Notes under the pieces: generated by a model
What the model was told of the DNA's origin: nothing
The model's database searches: none
The model's input: the letters and a program-made list of their open reading frames with translations, nothing else
Part shown: positions 1 through 10,442 of the stretch, piece after piece
How positions within the stretch are numbered: position 1 is the stretch's first letter
Layout of the letters: every line of letters begins with the position of its first letter
Assembly: GCA_963789955.1 (NCBI GenBank)
Contig: CAWBMV010000037.1
Location: 352,001-416,000 of the forward strand
Length of the DNA: 64,000 nt
Direction of reading: 5' to 3'
Origin: an uncultured Candidatus Rokubacteria bacterium
GTDB taxonomy: Bacteria > Methylomirabilota > Methylomirabilia > Rokubacteriales > CSP1-6
Program-made: the position numbers and the translations under genes

Positions 1-3000
1 GTCTCCCCGCTGCGCGCGCTCAACAACGACATCGAGAAGAATCTCCGGGCTCCGCTGGCCGGTATCCGCGCCGCGGCCGCCGCCGATGGTCAGGCGCTGC
101 CCGAGATCCGCGTGGCCGTGCGCACGGGCGACACCCTGGCCGCGCAGCGCCAGGCGATGACGCGCCGGCCGCCGCACGTCCTGATCACCACGCCGGAGTC
201 GCTGTTCATCCTGCTCACGAGCGAACGGTTCCGTCCGGCGCTGGCCCACACGCGCTTCTTGATCGTCGACGAGATCCACGCGCTGATGGGCTCGCAAGCG
301 CGGCGCCCACCTGGCCGCTCTCGCTCGAACGCCTGCAGGCGCTGGTTCAGGATCGCGACGCGGCGAGCCGTCCGCAGCGGATCGGCTGCTCGGCGACGGT
401 GAGCCCCATCGAGTCGGCGCGCGCCTTCTTGACCGGCGCCACGGCGACCGACGCGGTGACCGTCGACGCGGGCTTCACGCGCGACCTGGATATCCAAGTG
501 ATCGCGCCGGTGGACGACTTCCTGACGGCGCCGAGCGACACGATCTGGGAAGCCGCGCTCCAGCAGATCGCCGAGCTCGTCCAGGCGCACCGCACGACGC
601 TCGTCTTCGCGCAGAGCCGTCGCGCCGCCGAGCGGCTCGCGCGTGACCTGAACGACCGGATCCCCGACGGCCGCGTGGCGGCGCACCACGGCTCGCTCTC
701 GCGCCGCGCGCGGCTCGAGGCCGAGAACCGCCTGAAGGACGGCGAGCTGCGGGCGCTCGTCGCCACGTCGTCGCTCGAGCTCGGGATCGACGTCGGCGCG
801 ATCGACCTGGTCGTGCAGCTCCAGTCGCCCCGCAACATCGCCGCGGCGCTCCAGCGGGTCGGCCGCGCCGGTCACCTGCTGAGCCGCACCTCGAAGGGAC
901 GGATCGTCGTGACCAAGGGCGAGGAGCTGCTCGAGGCCGCCGCGGTGGTCCGCTCGATCCACGAGCGGCACCTCGACCGCGTGGTCATGCCCGACGCGCC
1001 GCTCGACGTGCTCGCCCAGCAGATCGTCGCGGCGGTGGCGGCCGAGTCGCTGACGATCGAGACCTTGCACGCGCGCCTGCGCAACGCCGCGCCCTATCGC
1101 CAGCTCGAGCGCGACACCCTGGTGGCCGTCATTCGCTCGCTCGCCGAGCCGCTGCCGGCCGAGGTCAAGGGCGCGGCGCCGCGCATCCTGTGGGATCGCG
1201 TGAACGACCGGCTGCACGCGCGCCGGGGCAGCCGATTCCTCGCGCTCACGTCGGGCGGCACGATCCCCGACAACGGCCTCTACGACGTCTTCGTCGCCGA
1301 GACCGATCTGAAGGTCGGCACGCTCGACGAGGAGTTCGTGACCGAGAGCCTGCCCGGCGACGTGTTCCTGCTGGGCTCGCACTCGTGGAAGATCGTGAAG
1401 GTCCGCGCCGACCGCGTGCTGGTCGAGGACGCGCAGGGCATGTCGCCGACGATTCCGTTCTGGAAGGGCGAGCATCCCTCGCGCTCGTGGGAGCTGGGCG
1501 TCGCCGTGGGGCGACTCCGCCGGGACGCCGCCGAGCGCCTGGATCGGCCCGACTTCGCGGCGTGGGCGGCGACCACCTGCGGTCTCGACGCCCACGCGGC
1601 CTCGGCGATGCACGCCTGGCTCGTGAAGGCCGGCGAGGTTCTCGACGGCGTGCCGGACGATCAGGGCATCGTCGTCGAGTCGTTCTCCGACGAGATGGGC
1701 GGCCGCCACGCGATGATTCATTCGGTCTTCGGCATGAAGGTCAACGGCGCGTGGGGCATGGTCCTGAAGGAGAAGCTCCGCCGGGTCGGTCTCGTGGCCG
1801 AGGCGAGCCACGTGGACGACGGTATTCTCCTGTCGTTCGCGCCGGGCCAGGTGCCACCGTCGCCGGAGCGCCTCGTCACCTTCGTCGCGCCCGAAGAGGT
1901 CGACACGCTCCTCGGCAAGGCGCTGATCGGCACGCCGCTCTTCGGCACGCGCTTCCGCCATTGCGCGATCCGCGCGCTCTTCATCCCGCGGATGTACCGC
2001 GGCCAGCGCACGCCCGCCTATCTGCAGCGGCTCAAGGCCGACGCGCTGCTCGAGTCGGTCGGCGGCCAGGCCGAGTTCCCGATCGTGGCCGAGACGCTCC
2101 GCGAGTGCTTCCACGACGCGCTCGACGCCACGCGCCTGCGCCGGCTGCTCGAGCGCGTGCACGACGGCGAGATGTGGCGCCGGCACGTGGACACGCCGCT
2201 GCCCTCGCCGTTCGTCTATCCCTTGCTGCTCGCGTGGGACTGGGCGTACCTGGGCGCCGGCCACGCCGAGGAGCGCCGGAGCGACGCGGTCACGATGCGC
2301 AAGGCGTGGTCCGTGGCGCCGGGCCCGCTCAAGCCGGAGATCGTCGAGGCGGTCGAGGCCGAGCTCCAGAAGACGGCGCCCGATCGCCGCGCGCGGGACG
2401 CGAACGAGCTGGCGGGGATCCTGGACGATCTCGGCGACCTGACCGACGAGGAGATCGCCGCGCGCGCGGTCGCCGACGGCCCGGCGCTGATCGGCGCGCT
2501 CGCGGCGGAGCGGCGAGTCCTGGCGCTCGACTTCGCGAGCGGACGCCGCGCGTGGGTCAGCGCGACCGACGTGCACGATCTATCGGTCGCTCGACACCGC
2601 CGACGGACTCGAACGCCTGGCGCTGCGCCTGCTCCGGACACGCGGGCCGGTGACGGCCGCCTGGCTCGCCGAGCGCTACGGTCTCGCCCTCGCCGCCGCG
2701 ACGAGCGCGCTCGAGCGGCTGGCCGCGCGCGGTCTCGTTCGTCAAGGCAGCTACCTGGCCGAGACCGCGGCTCCGCAGTTCGTCCACATCGCGGTGCTCG
2801 ACGAGATCCAGCGACGCCAGGTGCACGCGCGGCGCGTGCCGCGACCGGTCGCCTCGGCGGAGCAGCTCACGGCGTTCCTGCTGCGCCGGCACCATCTGCA
2901 TCCCGACCATCGCCTGATCGGGCCTCCGGGCGTCCTGGCCGCGCTCGAGCTCTTGCAGGGCGAAGACTTGCCGGTGCGCGTCTGGGAGCAGGATCTCCTG

Positions 3001-4111
3001 CCCGCGCGCGTCGAGAACTACGAGCGCGAATGGCTGGACCGGCTGGGGCTCGCCGGCGAGATGGTCTGGACGGTCTTCGATCGCGCCGCGACCGATCGCG
3101 GCCGCTCGACCCGCGTGGGCGCGGCACTTCGCGAGAACGTCGGCTGGCTCCGCGAAGCCTCGGCGACGCCGGCGCCGGACATGGACGCGCGGATCAAGAA
3201 CGTGTTCCTGCACCTGCAGCTCCGCGGCGCCTCGTTCGCCCAGGATCTCGCGCGCGCGACCGGGCTCGCCGCGCCCGAGGTGCTGCGCGGCGCTCTGGGA
3301 GCTCTTCTGGGCCGGCATGGTCACGCCGGACACCTTCAGCGCGATCGTGGCCGGCATGAACCCGCCTCGGCGCGCGCCCGAGGGCGGGCCGGCGCGCCGC
3401 CGGCGGCGCGGGCAGACTCGCGGTGTCCTGACACGACTCCCGGTGATCGGGCGCTGGAGCGTGCTCGGAGACGACGAGCGACTCTCGCCCGAGGAGCGCG
3501 AGGAAGCGCGCGCGCAGCTCCTGCTCGCCCGCTACGGCGTCGTCACGCGCGAGCTGGCCCAGGGCGACTGGACGACGCTCCGCCACACGTTGCTCCGCAT
3601 GGAGTACGGCGGCGAGGTCGTGCGCGGCTACTTCGTCGCCGGGCTGTCGGGCGAGCAGTACGCGCTGGCCGACGCGCTCCGCGATCTCGACACGCCGGCG
3701 CGGCGCGCCGAGCCGCACGTGCTGGTCAACATGATCGATCCGGCGAACCTGTGGGGCCGCGTCTTCGCGCTGTCGCGGCTGGACGGCTCGCGGGTGTCGG
3801 CGCCGCGGCTGCCTCAGAACTGGCTCGTGTTTCGCCAGGGCCGGCCGCGGTTGCTCGCCGAGGGGTACGGGCGAGAGCTCACGCCGCTGGCCGGCTGGGA
3901 GGACGTCGACCTGCCGGGCGTGATCGCCGCGCTCCAGTCGCTGATGGAGCGTCCGATCTTGATGAGGCCGGTGCGTCGTCTCGAGATCACGACCTGGAAT
4001 GGAAACCCCGTACGCGGCAGCGCCGTCTTCGAGCCGCTCGTCGCGGCCGGCTTCAGCGCCGACGGATCGCGCCTGTCGTGGGACGGCTATCCGGGTCCGC
4101 GCTCGAAATGA
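1..4111 (+). CDS. lhr: Lhr-family ATP-dependent SF2 helicase (5' truncated by window edge; ~3 apparent frameshifts near 300, 2580 and 3290)
   Basis: [37 protein letters not shown] and QRVGRAGH motifs, then GTLDEEF, PFWKGE and C-terminal LLARYGVV / [14 protein letters not shown], across ORFs 112-402, 399-3359, 2650-4122 and 3317-4111. Confidence 0.9.
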
Positions 4112-4118
4112 CCGCGCG

Positions 4119-4913
4119 ATGAGCGGACGCCTGACCGGCAAGGTCGCGATCATCACCGGCGCCGGCTCGCGGGGGGCCGGCCTTGGCAACGGCAAGGCCA
4201 CGGCCATCCTCTTCGCGCGCGAAGGCGCGAAGGTGTTCTGTGTCGACCAGATGAAGGAGCGCGCCGAGGAGACCGTCGCGGCGATTCGCGCCGAGGGCGG
4301 CGAAGCCGTCGCCCACGCCGCCGACGTCACGCGTGCCGGTGAGTGCGCCGCCATGGTCAAGGCGGCGGTGGATCGCTGGGGCGGCGTCGACATTCTCCAC
4401 AACAACGTCGGCATCGAGTCGCGCAAGGGTCTGCTCGACACCACCGAGGAAGAGTGGGACCGCGTCATCGCGGTCGACCTGAAGTCGATGTTCCTCGCGA
4501 CGCAGGCCGCCGTGCCCGCGATGGTTCGCCGCGGCGGCGGCGCGGTGATCTGCGTGTCGTCGATCGCGGGGCTGCGCGGCTACGGCCGCACCGCGTACGC
4601 GACCGCCAAGGCCGGCGTGATCGGGTTCGTCCGCTCGGTGGCCGTGCAGCTCGGCCCCAAGGGCGTCCGCGTCAACGCGATCGCGCCGGGGCCGGTGTGG
4701 ACGCCGATGGTTCAGGATCTGGGGCCCGAGGCGCGCGAGCGGCGCCGCCGGGCGAGCCCGCTCGGAACCGAGGGTACCGGCTGGGACATCGGTTGGGGCG
4801 CGGTCTACCTGGCCAGCGACGAAGCGCGCTGGGTCACCGGACAAACCTTGATCATCGACGCGGGGCTCACGGTGACGACTCCAGAGGGCTCACTCGGCGG
4901 TGAGCCTCAGTGA
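4119..4913 (+). CDS. SDR-family oxidoreductase
   Basis: TGAGSRGAGLG, NNVG, YATAK catalytic motif, VNAIAPG; ATG at 4119. Confidence 0.9.
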   Translation: MSGRLTGKVAIITGAGSRGAGLGNGKATAILFAREGAKVFCVDQMKERAEETVAAIRAEGGEAVAHAADVTRAGECAAMVKAAVDRWGGVDILHNNVGIESRKGLLDTTEEEWDRVIAVDLKSMFLATQAAVPAMVRRGGGAVICVSSIAGLRGYGRTAYATAKAGVIGFVRSVAVQLGPKGVRVNAIAPGPVWTPMVQDLGPEARERRRRASPLGTEGTGWDIGWGAVYLASDEARWVTGQTLIIDAGLTVTTPEGSLGGEPQ

Positions 4914-4941
4914 GGGCCCGGGTCGCGACCCGGGCCCTCAC
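4910..4941. repeat. Perfect 32-bp palindrome covering the ChaN start and SDR stop codons
   Basis: GTGAGGGCCCGGGTCG|CGACCCGGGCCCTCAC is its own reverse complement. Confidence 0.9.
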
Positions 4942-5911
4942 CGGGGCAACCGCTCTCATCGTCGCAGTCGCCCTGGTCGCGGGATGCTCGAAGGGCGGGA
5001 AGATCGACTGGGAGAGCCCGGTCGAGCGCGCGCATCCGCTGGTCGGACGAATCTGGGACGTGAAAGCCGGGACGTTCATCGGCGAGGACGTGCTGGTCGC
5101 GCGGCTCGTCGCGAGCCGATTCGTATTGCTCGGCGAGCGGCACGACAATCCCGATCACCACGTGCTGCAGGCCAGGCTGGTCCACGCGATGATCGAGGCC
5201 GGGCGGCGCCCGGCGCTCGGATTCGAGATGCTTTCCACCGACGACGCGCCCGCGGTCATCCGCTATCTGGCGCGCAGCCCCAAAGACGCCGCCGGACTCG
5301 GTGACGCCGTGAACTGGGCGCGCTCGGGCTGGCCCGAGTGGCGCTTCTACCAGCCCATCGCCCAGGCGGCGCTCGACGCCAATGTGCCAATCATCGCCAC
5401 GAACCTCTCGCGCGCCGCCACCGACGCCGTCCGCCGAAACGGCCTGCCCGGGCTCGGCCCGACGCTCATGACCCAGCTGCGTCTCGCCGAGCCCACGCCG
5501 GAGACACGACTTGCGATGACGCGCGAGCTCCGCGAGTCTCACTGCGGTCAGGTTCCGGACACCATGATCGATCGCATGGTGGACATCCAGTGGGCGCGTG
5601 ACGCGCGCATCGCCACGAGCGTGGCCCGCGGCGGACAGCGCGATGGCGCGGTGCTCATCGCCGGGGCCGGCCACGTGCGCCGGGACCGCGGCGTGCCGGT
5701 GCACCTGGCCCTGCAGGCGCCGAACGCGTCGATCGCCAGCGTCGCGTTCGTCGAGGTGGACGCCGCGGCCTCGAAGCCCGGTGACTACGCGGCGCGCTTC
5801 GGCAGCGACGCGCTGCCGTTCGACTACGTCTGGTTCACGCCGAAGGTCGACGACGCGGACCCGTGCGAGAAGCTGAAGAAGGCCACCGACACGGAAACGA
5901 TCGGCAAGTGA
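4910..5911 (+). CDS. ChaN-family (Tiki/EreA-like, putative haem-uptake) lipoprotein
   Basis: Lipobox VAGC; LLGERHDNPDHH, GFEM, LIAGAGH motifs. Confidence 0.8.
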   Translation: MRARVATRALTGATALIVAVALVAGCSKGGKIDWESPVERAHPLVGRIWDVKAGTFIGEDVLVARLVASRFVLLGERHDNPDHHVLQARLVHAMIEAGRRPALGFEMLSTDDAPAVIRYLARSPKDAAGLGDAVNWARSGWPEWRFYQPIAQAALDANVPIIATNLSRAATDAVRRNGLPGLGPTLMTQLRLAEPTPETRLAMTRELRESHCGQVPDTMIDRMVDIQWARDARIATSVARGGQRDGAVLIAGAGHVRRDRGVPVHLALQAPNASIASVAFVEVDAAASKPGDYAARFGSDALPFDYVWFTPKVDDADPCEKLKKATDTETIGK

Positions 5912-6291
5912 TCGCGGCCAAGCGCATCTACGATCCGCCCAGCGACGCGGAAGGCATGCGCGTCCTCATCATGCGGCTCTGGCCGCGCGGCATCCGGAAG
6001 ACTCGCGTGGACGTCTGGCTCAAGGAGCTGGGACCCGTCCTGCCCCTGCTGCGCGCCTTTCGCGGCGGCGAGGTCGACTGGGCCGAGTACACCCGGCGCT
6101 ATCTGGCAGGACTCGCGCGACCCGAGGCCCAGGAGCCGCTCGCGCAGGTGCGCGCCGCCGCGAAGGACGGTACCGTCACCCTGTTCTGCGGCTGCGCCGA
6201 CGAGACCCACTGTCACCGCTCTCTGCTGCGCGCCTATCTGCTAGACTCACCGGCGCCACGCCCCGAGGCGTCCACGGGAGGTGCGAGATGA
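5908..6291 (+). CDS. DUF488 / YeaO-family protein
   Basis: KRIYD, RLWPRGI, WLKELGP and C-terminal CHRSLL. Confidence 0.85.
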   Translation: MIAAKRIYDPPSDAEGMRVLIMRLWPRGIRKTRVDVWLKELGPVLPLLRAFRGGEVDWAEYTRRYLAGLARPEAQEPLAQVRAAAKDGTVTLFCGCADETHCHRSLLRAYLLDSPAPRPEASTGGAR

Positions 6292-6557
6292 CGAAGGCTG
6301 GATCGAAGAAGATGCGCGCGTACGTGCTCATCGAGACGGCGCCGGGCAAGACGAAGGCCGTCAAGAAGGAGCTGGCGGCGATCCAGGGCAACGACTCGAC
6401 GGTCGTCAATCTCGACGGCGTCACGGGCCCGTTCGATTTCATCGCCGTGGTCGAGGGCCCGACGCTCGACTCCGTCGGCCGGCTCGTCACCGACGAGATC
6501 GGCTCGATCGACGGGGTCACCCGAACCACCACGTGCCTCGCGGTGGCGATCGGCTAG
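6288..6557 (+). CDS. Stand-alone Lrp/AsnC ligand-binding (RAM) domain protein
   Basis: AYVLIE...VTGPFDFIA...IDGVTRTTT. Confidence 0.85.
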   Translation: MTKAGSKKMRAYVLIETAPGKTKAVKKELAAIQGNDSTVVNLDGVTGPFDFIAVVEGPTLDSVGRLVTDEIGSIDGVTRTTTCLAVAIG

Positions 6558-6570
6558 ACGCGCTCATCCG

Positions 6571-7509
6571 GTGACGCGCCCGACCGTTCTCGTCTACCAC
6601 GCCGATCCGCGCTACGCGGAGCTCATGCGCGTGCCCAAGCGCGGCGCGCTCGTCCGCACCGCCGCGACGCCGCGCGAGGCCGCCGAGCCGATCGCCGAGG
6701 CCGAGATCCTCTACGCCTGGAAGTTTCCGCCGCAGCTCTACGCGAAGGCCGGGCGGCTCAAGTGGCTCCAGGTGATGGGTGCCGGCGTCGACTGGGCGCT
6801 GGTGCCGGAGCTGCCGCGGGGCGTGCAGGTCACGCGCGCGCCCGGGATCTTCGGGCCGTGGATGGCGGAGTACGTCATCGGCTGGTGCTCGTGGGTGACC
6901 CAGCGGATGCGCGTCTACCGGGACGCGCAGCGCCAGCGCCGCTGGCTCGACCACGTGCTGCCCGATCGCCTGTTCGGCAAGACCCTGACCATCGTCGGTC
7001 TCGGCGACATCGGCCGTGACATCGCGCGCGTCGCGAAGGGGCTCGGCATGCGCGTCCTCGGCGTCACCCGGCGCGGCCGACCGGTGCGAGAAGCCGCCCG
7101 CGTCTACCCGGTCGGCGCGATGACGCGTGCCCTCAGCGAGGCCGACTTCGTCGTCGTGCTCCTGCCCCTCACCAATGAGACGCGCGGGATCATCGGCGCC
7201 GCCGCGCTCGACGCGATGAAATCGAGCGCCTGGCTGATCAACATCGCCCGCGGCGCCGTGGTCGACGAGTCGGCGCTCCTGGCGGCGCTCGAGGGCAAGC
7301 AGATCGCGGGCGCCGTGCTCGACGTGTTCGATCGCGAGCCGCTCCCGCCGAGCCATCCGCTGTGGAAGCTCGACAACGTGGTCGTGACGCCGCACATCTC
7401 GGGCCCGAGCACGCCCGACGAGATCGCGCCCGTCTTCAACGACAACCTCGCCCGCTATCTCGCCGGCCGGCCGCTCCGTCACGTGGTCGACCGCGATCTG
7501 GGGTACTGA
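6571..7509 (+). CDS. D-2-hydroxyacid dehydrogenase
   Basis: GLGDIG, INIARG, LDVFDREPL, TPHISG. Confidence 0.92.
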   Translation: MTRPTVLVYHADPRYAELMRVPKRGALVRTAATPREAAEPIAEAEILYAWKFPPQLYAKAGRLKWLQVMGAGVDWALVPELPRGVQVTRAPGIFGPWMAEYVIGWCSWVTQRMRVYRDAQRQRRWLDHVLPDRLFGKTLTIVGLGDIGRDIARVAKGLGMRVLGVTRRGRPVREAARVYPVGAMTRALSEADFVVVLLPLTNETRGIIGAAALDAMKSSAWLINIARGAVVDESALLAALEGKQIAGAVLDVFDREPLPPSHPLWKLDNVVVTPHISGPSTPDEIAPVFNDNLARYLAGRPLRHVVDRDLGY

Positions 7510-7511
7510 TC

Positions 7512-7979
7512 ATGCCGTCACGGCGCAGCGCCATCAATATGTCCGAGCCGGAGCTGACCCGCTTCCTCGACGAGGAGCGTGTCCTGACGTGCGCGACCAT
7601 CGGGCCGGGCGGACGCCCGCACCTGATGCCGCTGTGGTACGTGCGCGACGGCCAGAGCCTGGTGGCCTGGACCTACGGCAAGTCGCAGAAGGTGCGCAAC
7701 CTCGAGCGCGACGGCCGCGCGACCCTCCAGCTCGAGGCCGGTCGCGACGTCTACGGCCAGCTCCGCGGCGCCATGCTCGAGTGCGACGTGGCGATCGAGC
7801 GCGATCCCGCGCGCGTAGGCGAGTTCGGCATGCGGCTGATGGCCCGCTACACGGGCGCCGAGCTCTCACCGGACGCGCGGGCGGGCGTCCTGCAGCAAGC
7901 GTCCAAGCGCGTCGTGCTGCGCTTCACGCCGACGCGCATCGTCACCTGGGACCACCGCAAGCTCGGCGGCACCTACTGA
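7512..7979 (+). CDS. Pyridoxamine 5'-phosphate oxidase-like (split barrel, FMN/F420) protein
   Basis: GRPHLMPLWY, KSQKVRNL, TWDHRKL. Confidence 0.85.
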   Translation: MPSRRSAINMSEPELTRFLDEERVLTCATIGPGGRPHLMPLWYVRDGQSLVAWTYGKSQKVRNLERDGRATLQLEAGRDVYGQLRGAMLECDVAIERDPARVGEFGMRLMARYTGAELSPDARAGVLQQASKRVVLRFTPTRIVTWDHRKLGGTY

Positions 7980-8014
7980 GCCCGGCGCCGGCCAGTTCAC
8001 TCTCGCTCCGGTAG

Positions 8015-8695
8015 GTGAGCCCCTCGATCTCGCTCGTGATCTTCGACTGTGACGGCGTGCTGGTGGACACCGAGCGCATCGCCGTGCGAATCGACGTCAT
8101 CGTGCTCGCCGAGCTCGGCTGGCCGATGACCGAGGCGGAAGTCGTCGAGCGATTCATGGGCCGGAGCGACGAGGAGATGACCGCCGACATCGAGTCCCAT
8201 CTGGGCCGCCGCCTGCCGGCCAGCTGGGAAGAGCCGTTCCGTCATCTCTATCGGGAGGCGTTCGAGGCCGAGCTCGAGCCGGTGGCCGGCGTCGTCGAGG
8301 CGCTCGATGCGATCGCGATCCCGACCTGCGTCGCGTCGAGCGGGACGCACGAGAAGATTCGCTTCACGCTCGGGCTCACGGGGCTCTACGAGCGCTTCGC
8401 CGGCCGGATCTTCAGCGTGAGCGACGTCGCCCGCGGCAAGCCGGCCCCCGATCTGTTTCTGCATGCAGCCGGACGCATGGGTGTCCCGCCCGCGCAATGC
8501 GCGGTCGTCGAGGACAGTCGCTACGGCGTCGAAGCCGCCCGGGCGGCCGGTATGCGAGCCTTCGGTTACGCCGGCGGTCTCGCGCCAAGAGGCGCGCTCG
8601 CCGGTCCCCAGACGATTGTTTTCGAAGACATGCGGGAGCTGCCGCGCCTTCTCGCGGGCGCGTCGAACGGGGGTAGTTCCCTGGGAGTCGCTTAA
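8015..8695 (+). CDS. HAD-family hydrolase
   Basis: DCDGVLVD, GKPAPD, VEDS. Confidence 0.92.
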   Translation: MSPSISLVIFDCDGVLVDTERIAVRIDVIVLAELGWPMTEAEVVERFMGRSDEEMTADIESHLGRRLPASWEEPFRHLYREAFEAELEPVAGVVEALDAIAIPTCVASSGTHEKIRFTLGLTGLYERFAGRIFSVSDVARGKPAPDLFLHAAGRMGVPPAQCAVVEDSRYGVEAARAAGMRAFGYAGGLAPRGALAGPQTIVFEDMRELPRLLAGASNGGSSLGVA

Positions 8696-8726
8696 TCGGC
8701 TAAACTATTAATCTAGTCAAAGTATC
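8692..8726 (+). promoter_or_regulatory. AT-rich promoter / candidate MarR operator
   Basis: TTAATCGGCTAAACTATTAATCTAGTCAAAGTA has TTAAT...ATTAA dyad symmetry and a TTAATC direct repeat, directly upstream of marR. Confidence 0.5.
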
Positions 8727-8745
8727 CCGGCGGGCTGGAGAGGGC

Positions 8746-9246
8746 ATGGCGACGAAGACGAAGCGCGCGACGACGACCGAGGCGCATCAGATGCTCGAGC
8801 TGCTCAACTCGCTCGGCGGCACGATCTTCCGCCAGCTCCTGTGGCAGCGGGCGTCCGACCTCGATCTCACCTACGCGCAATCGCAGGTGCTGTTCCGGCT
8901 CGCCGAGCATCCGGGCTCGCACATGGGCGACATCGCCAAGGCCTTCGGGGTGACCCTGCCCGCCGTCACGCACATCGTGGATCGGCTGGAAGAAAAGGGG
9001 CTCGTGGTGCGTGGCGATCACCCGGCCGACCGCCGCGTCTACGTGCTCGATCTCACGCGCGCGGGCAAGGTGCTCGTCGAGGAGCTCGAGGCGATCCGCC
9101 TGCGGGGCATGGAGCGCGTGCTCGCGCGGATGTCCGCGGCCGATCGACAGCGCGTGCTCACGGGATTGGTCGCGCTGGTCGACGCTGCCGAGACGGCGGC
9201 GGACGACGACGCGCGCTCGGCCCGCGGACGAAAGGCGGGTGCCTGA
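8746..9246 (+). CDS. MarR-family transcriptional regulator
   Basis: LTYAQ..VL, wHTH, DRLEEKGLV, DRR motif. Confidence 0.92.
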   Translation: MATKTKRATTTEAHQMLELLNSLGGTIFRQLLWQRASDLDLTYAQSQVLFRLAEHPGSHMGDIAKAFGVTLPAVTHIVDRLEEKGLVVRGDHPADRRVYVLDLTRAGKVLVEELEAIRLRGMERVLARMSAADRQRVLTGLVALVDAAETAADDDARSARGRKAGA

Positions 9247-10442
9247 TGCCCCGTCACCTGTCCGCCATCGCCTGGACGGTCGCCGCCGCCCTGTTCCTTG
9301 CCGCATGCTCGGAAGACGCCGCCGGCAAGGCGCGGGTCCAGCTGCCTCCGGTCCCCGTCACGGTCGGCGAGGTGCTCGAGAAGACGATGCCCGTCCAGCT
9401 CACGGCCGTCGGCAACGCCATGGCCTACACGTCGGTCGGGATCAAGTCGCAGATCAGCGGTCAGCTCGTCGAGGTGCGTTTCAAGGAAGGGCAGGACGTC
9501 CGGAAGGGCGATCTGCTCTTCGTGATCGACGCGCGGCCGTTCGAGGCGGCGCTGCGCCAGGCGGAAGCGGCGCTGGGCCAGCGCCAGGCCGAGGTGCGCC
9601 AGGCCCAGGCCGCCGTGGAGCGCGACAGCGCGCAGCTCGAGAACGCGCGGGTGCAGGAGCGTCGCTATCGCGAGCTGGTGGCCAAGGAGCTGATCGCGCG
9701 CGAGCAGTACGACACACTCAATACGAACCTGACGGCGATGCAGGCGACGGTGGAGTCCGATCGCGCGCAGGTCGAGAACGCGAAGGCGGCGCTCCAGGCG
9801 GCGCAGGCTAACGTCGACAACGCGCGGCTCCAGCTCGCCTACACGACGATCCACTCGCCGATCGACGGGCGCACCGGCAACCTGCTCGTCCAGAACGGCA
9901 ACATCCTGAAGGCCAACGACGACAATCCGATCGTCGTGATCAACCAGGTCCATCCGATCTACGTCTCGTTCTCGGTGCCCGAGCAGCACCTGGGCGACAT
10001 CAAGAAGTACCGCGCGGCCGGCTCGCTCCAGGTCGTCGCGCGGCCGCCCCGCCAGCAGGAAATCCTCGCGACCGGTGAGCTCACGTTCGTGAATAACGCG
10101 GTGGACACGACGACCGCGATGATCCAGCTCAAGGCCACGTTCGCGAACGAGAACAACGTGCTCTGGCCCGGCCAGTTCGTCGACGTGGCGATGGTGATCA
10201 CGAGCCGCACCGCGATCGTCGTGCCCTCGCAGGCGATCCAGCCTGGCCAGCAGGGCCCCTACGTCTTCGTCGTGAAGCCCGACCAGACCGTCGAATCGCG
10301 CCTGGTCACGCCCGGCGTGCGGCTCGGCGCCGAGACGATCGTCGAGAAGGGCTTGAAGCCGGCCGAGCGCGTCGTGACCGACGGCCAGCTGCGGCTCGTT
10401 CCGGGCGCCCGCATCGAGGCCCGCCCGCCGAAGGCGTCATGA
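9246..10442 (+). CDS. RND efflux periplasmic adaptor (MdtA-like) lipoprotein
   Basis: Lipobox LAAC, lipoyl halves (KEGQDVRKGDLLF; SPIDGRTG), coiled-coil hairpin. Confidence 0.92.
   Translation: MPRHLSAIAWTVAAALFLAACSEDAAGKARVQLPPVPVTVGEVLEKTMPVQLTAVGNAMAYTSVGIKSQISGQLVEVRFKEGQDVRKGDLLFVIDARPFEAALRQAEAALGQRQAEVRQAQAAVERDSAQLENARVQERRYRELVAKELIAREQYDTLNTNLTAMQATVESDRAQVENAKAALQAAQANVDNARLQLAYTTIHSPIDGRTGNLLVQNGNILKANDDNPIVVINQVHPIYVSFSVPEQHLGDIKKYRAAGSLQVVARPPRQQEILATGELTFVNNAVDTTTAMIQLKATFANENNVLWPGQFVDVAMVITSRTAIVVPSQAIQPGQQGPYVFVVKPDQTVESRLVTPGVRLGAETIVEKGLKPAERVVTDGQLRLVPGARIEARPPKAS

Noticed and set aside
90..2576. Long antisense ORFs (e.g. 90-2576, 10259-12160, 50375-52555, 59100-61016)
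   Set aside because: Shadow ORFs expected at high GC opposite real genes; Arg/Ala-rich with no family motifs.
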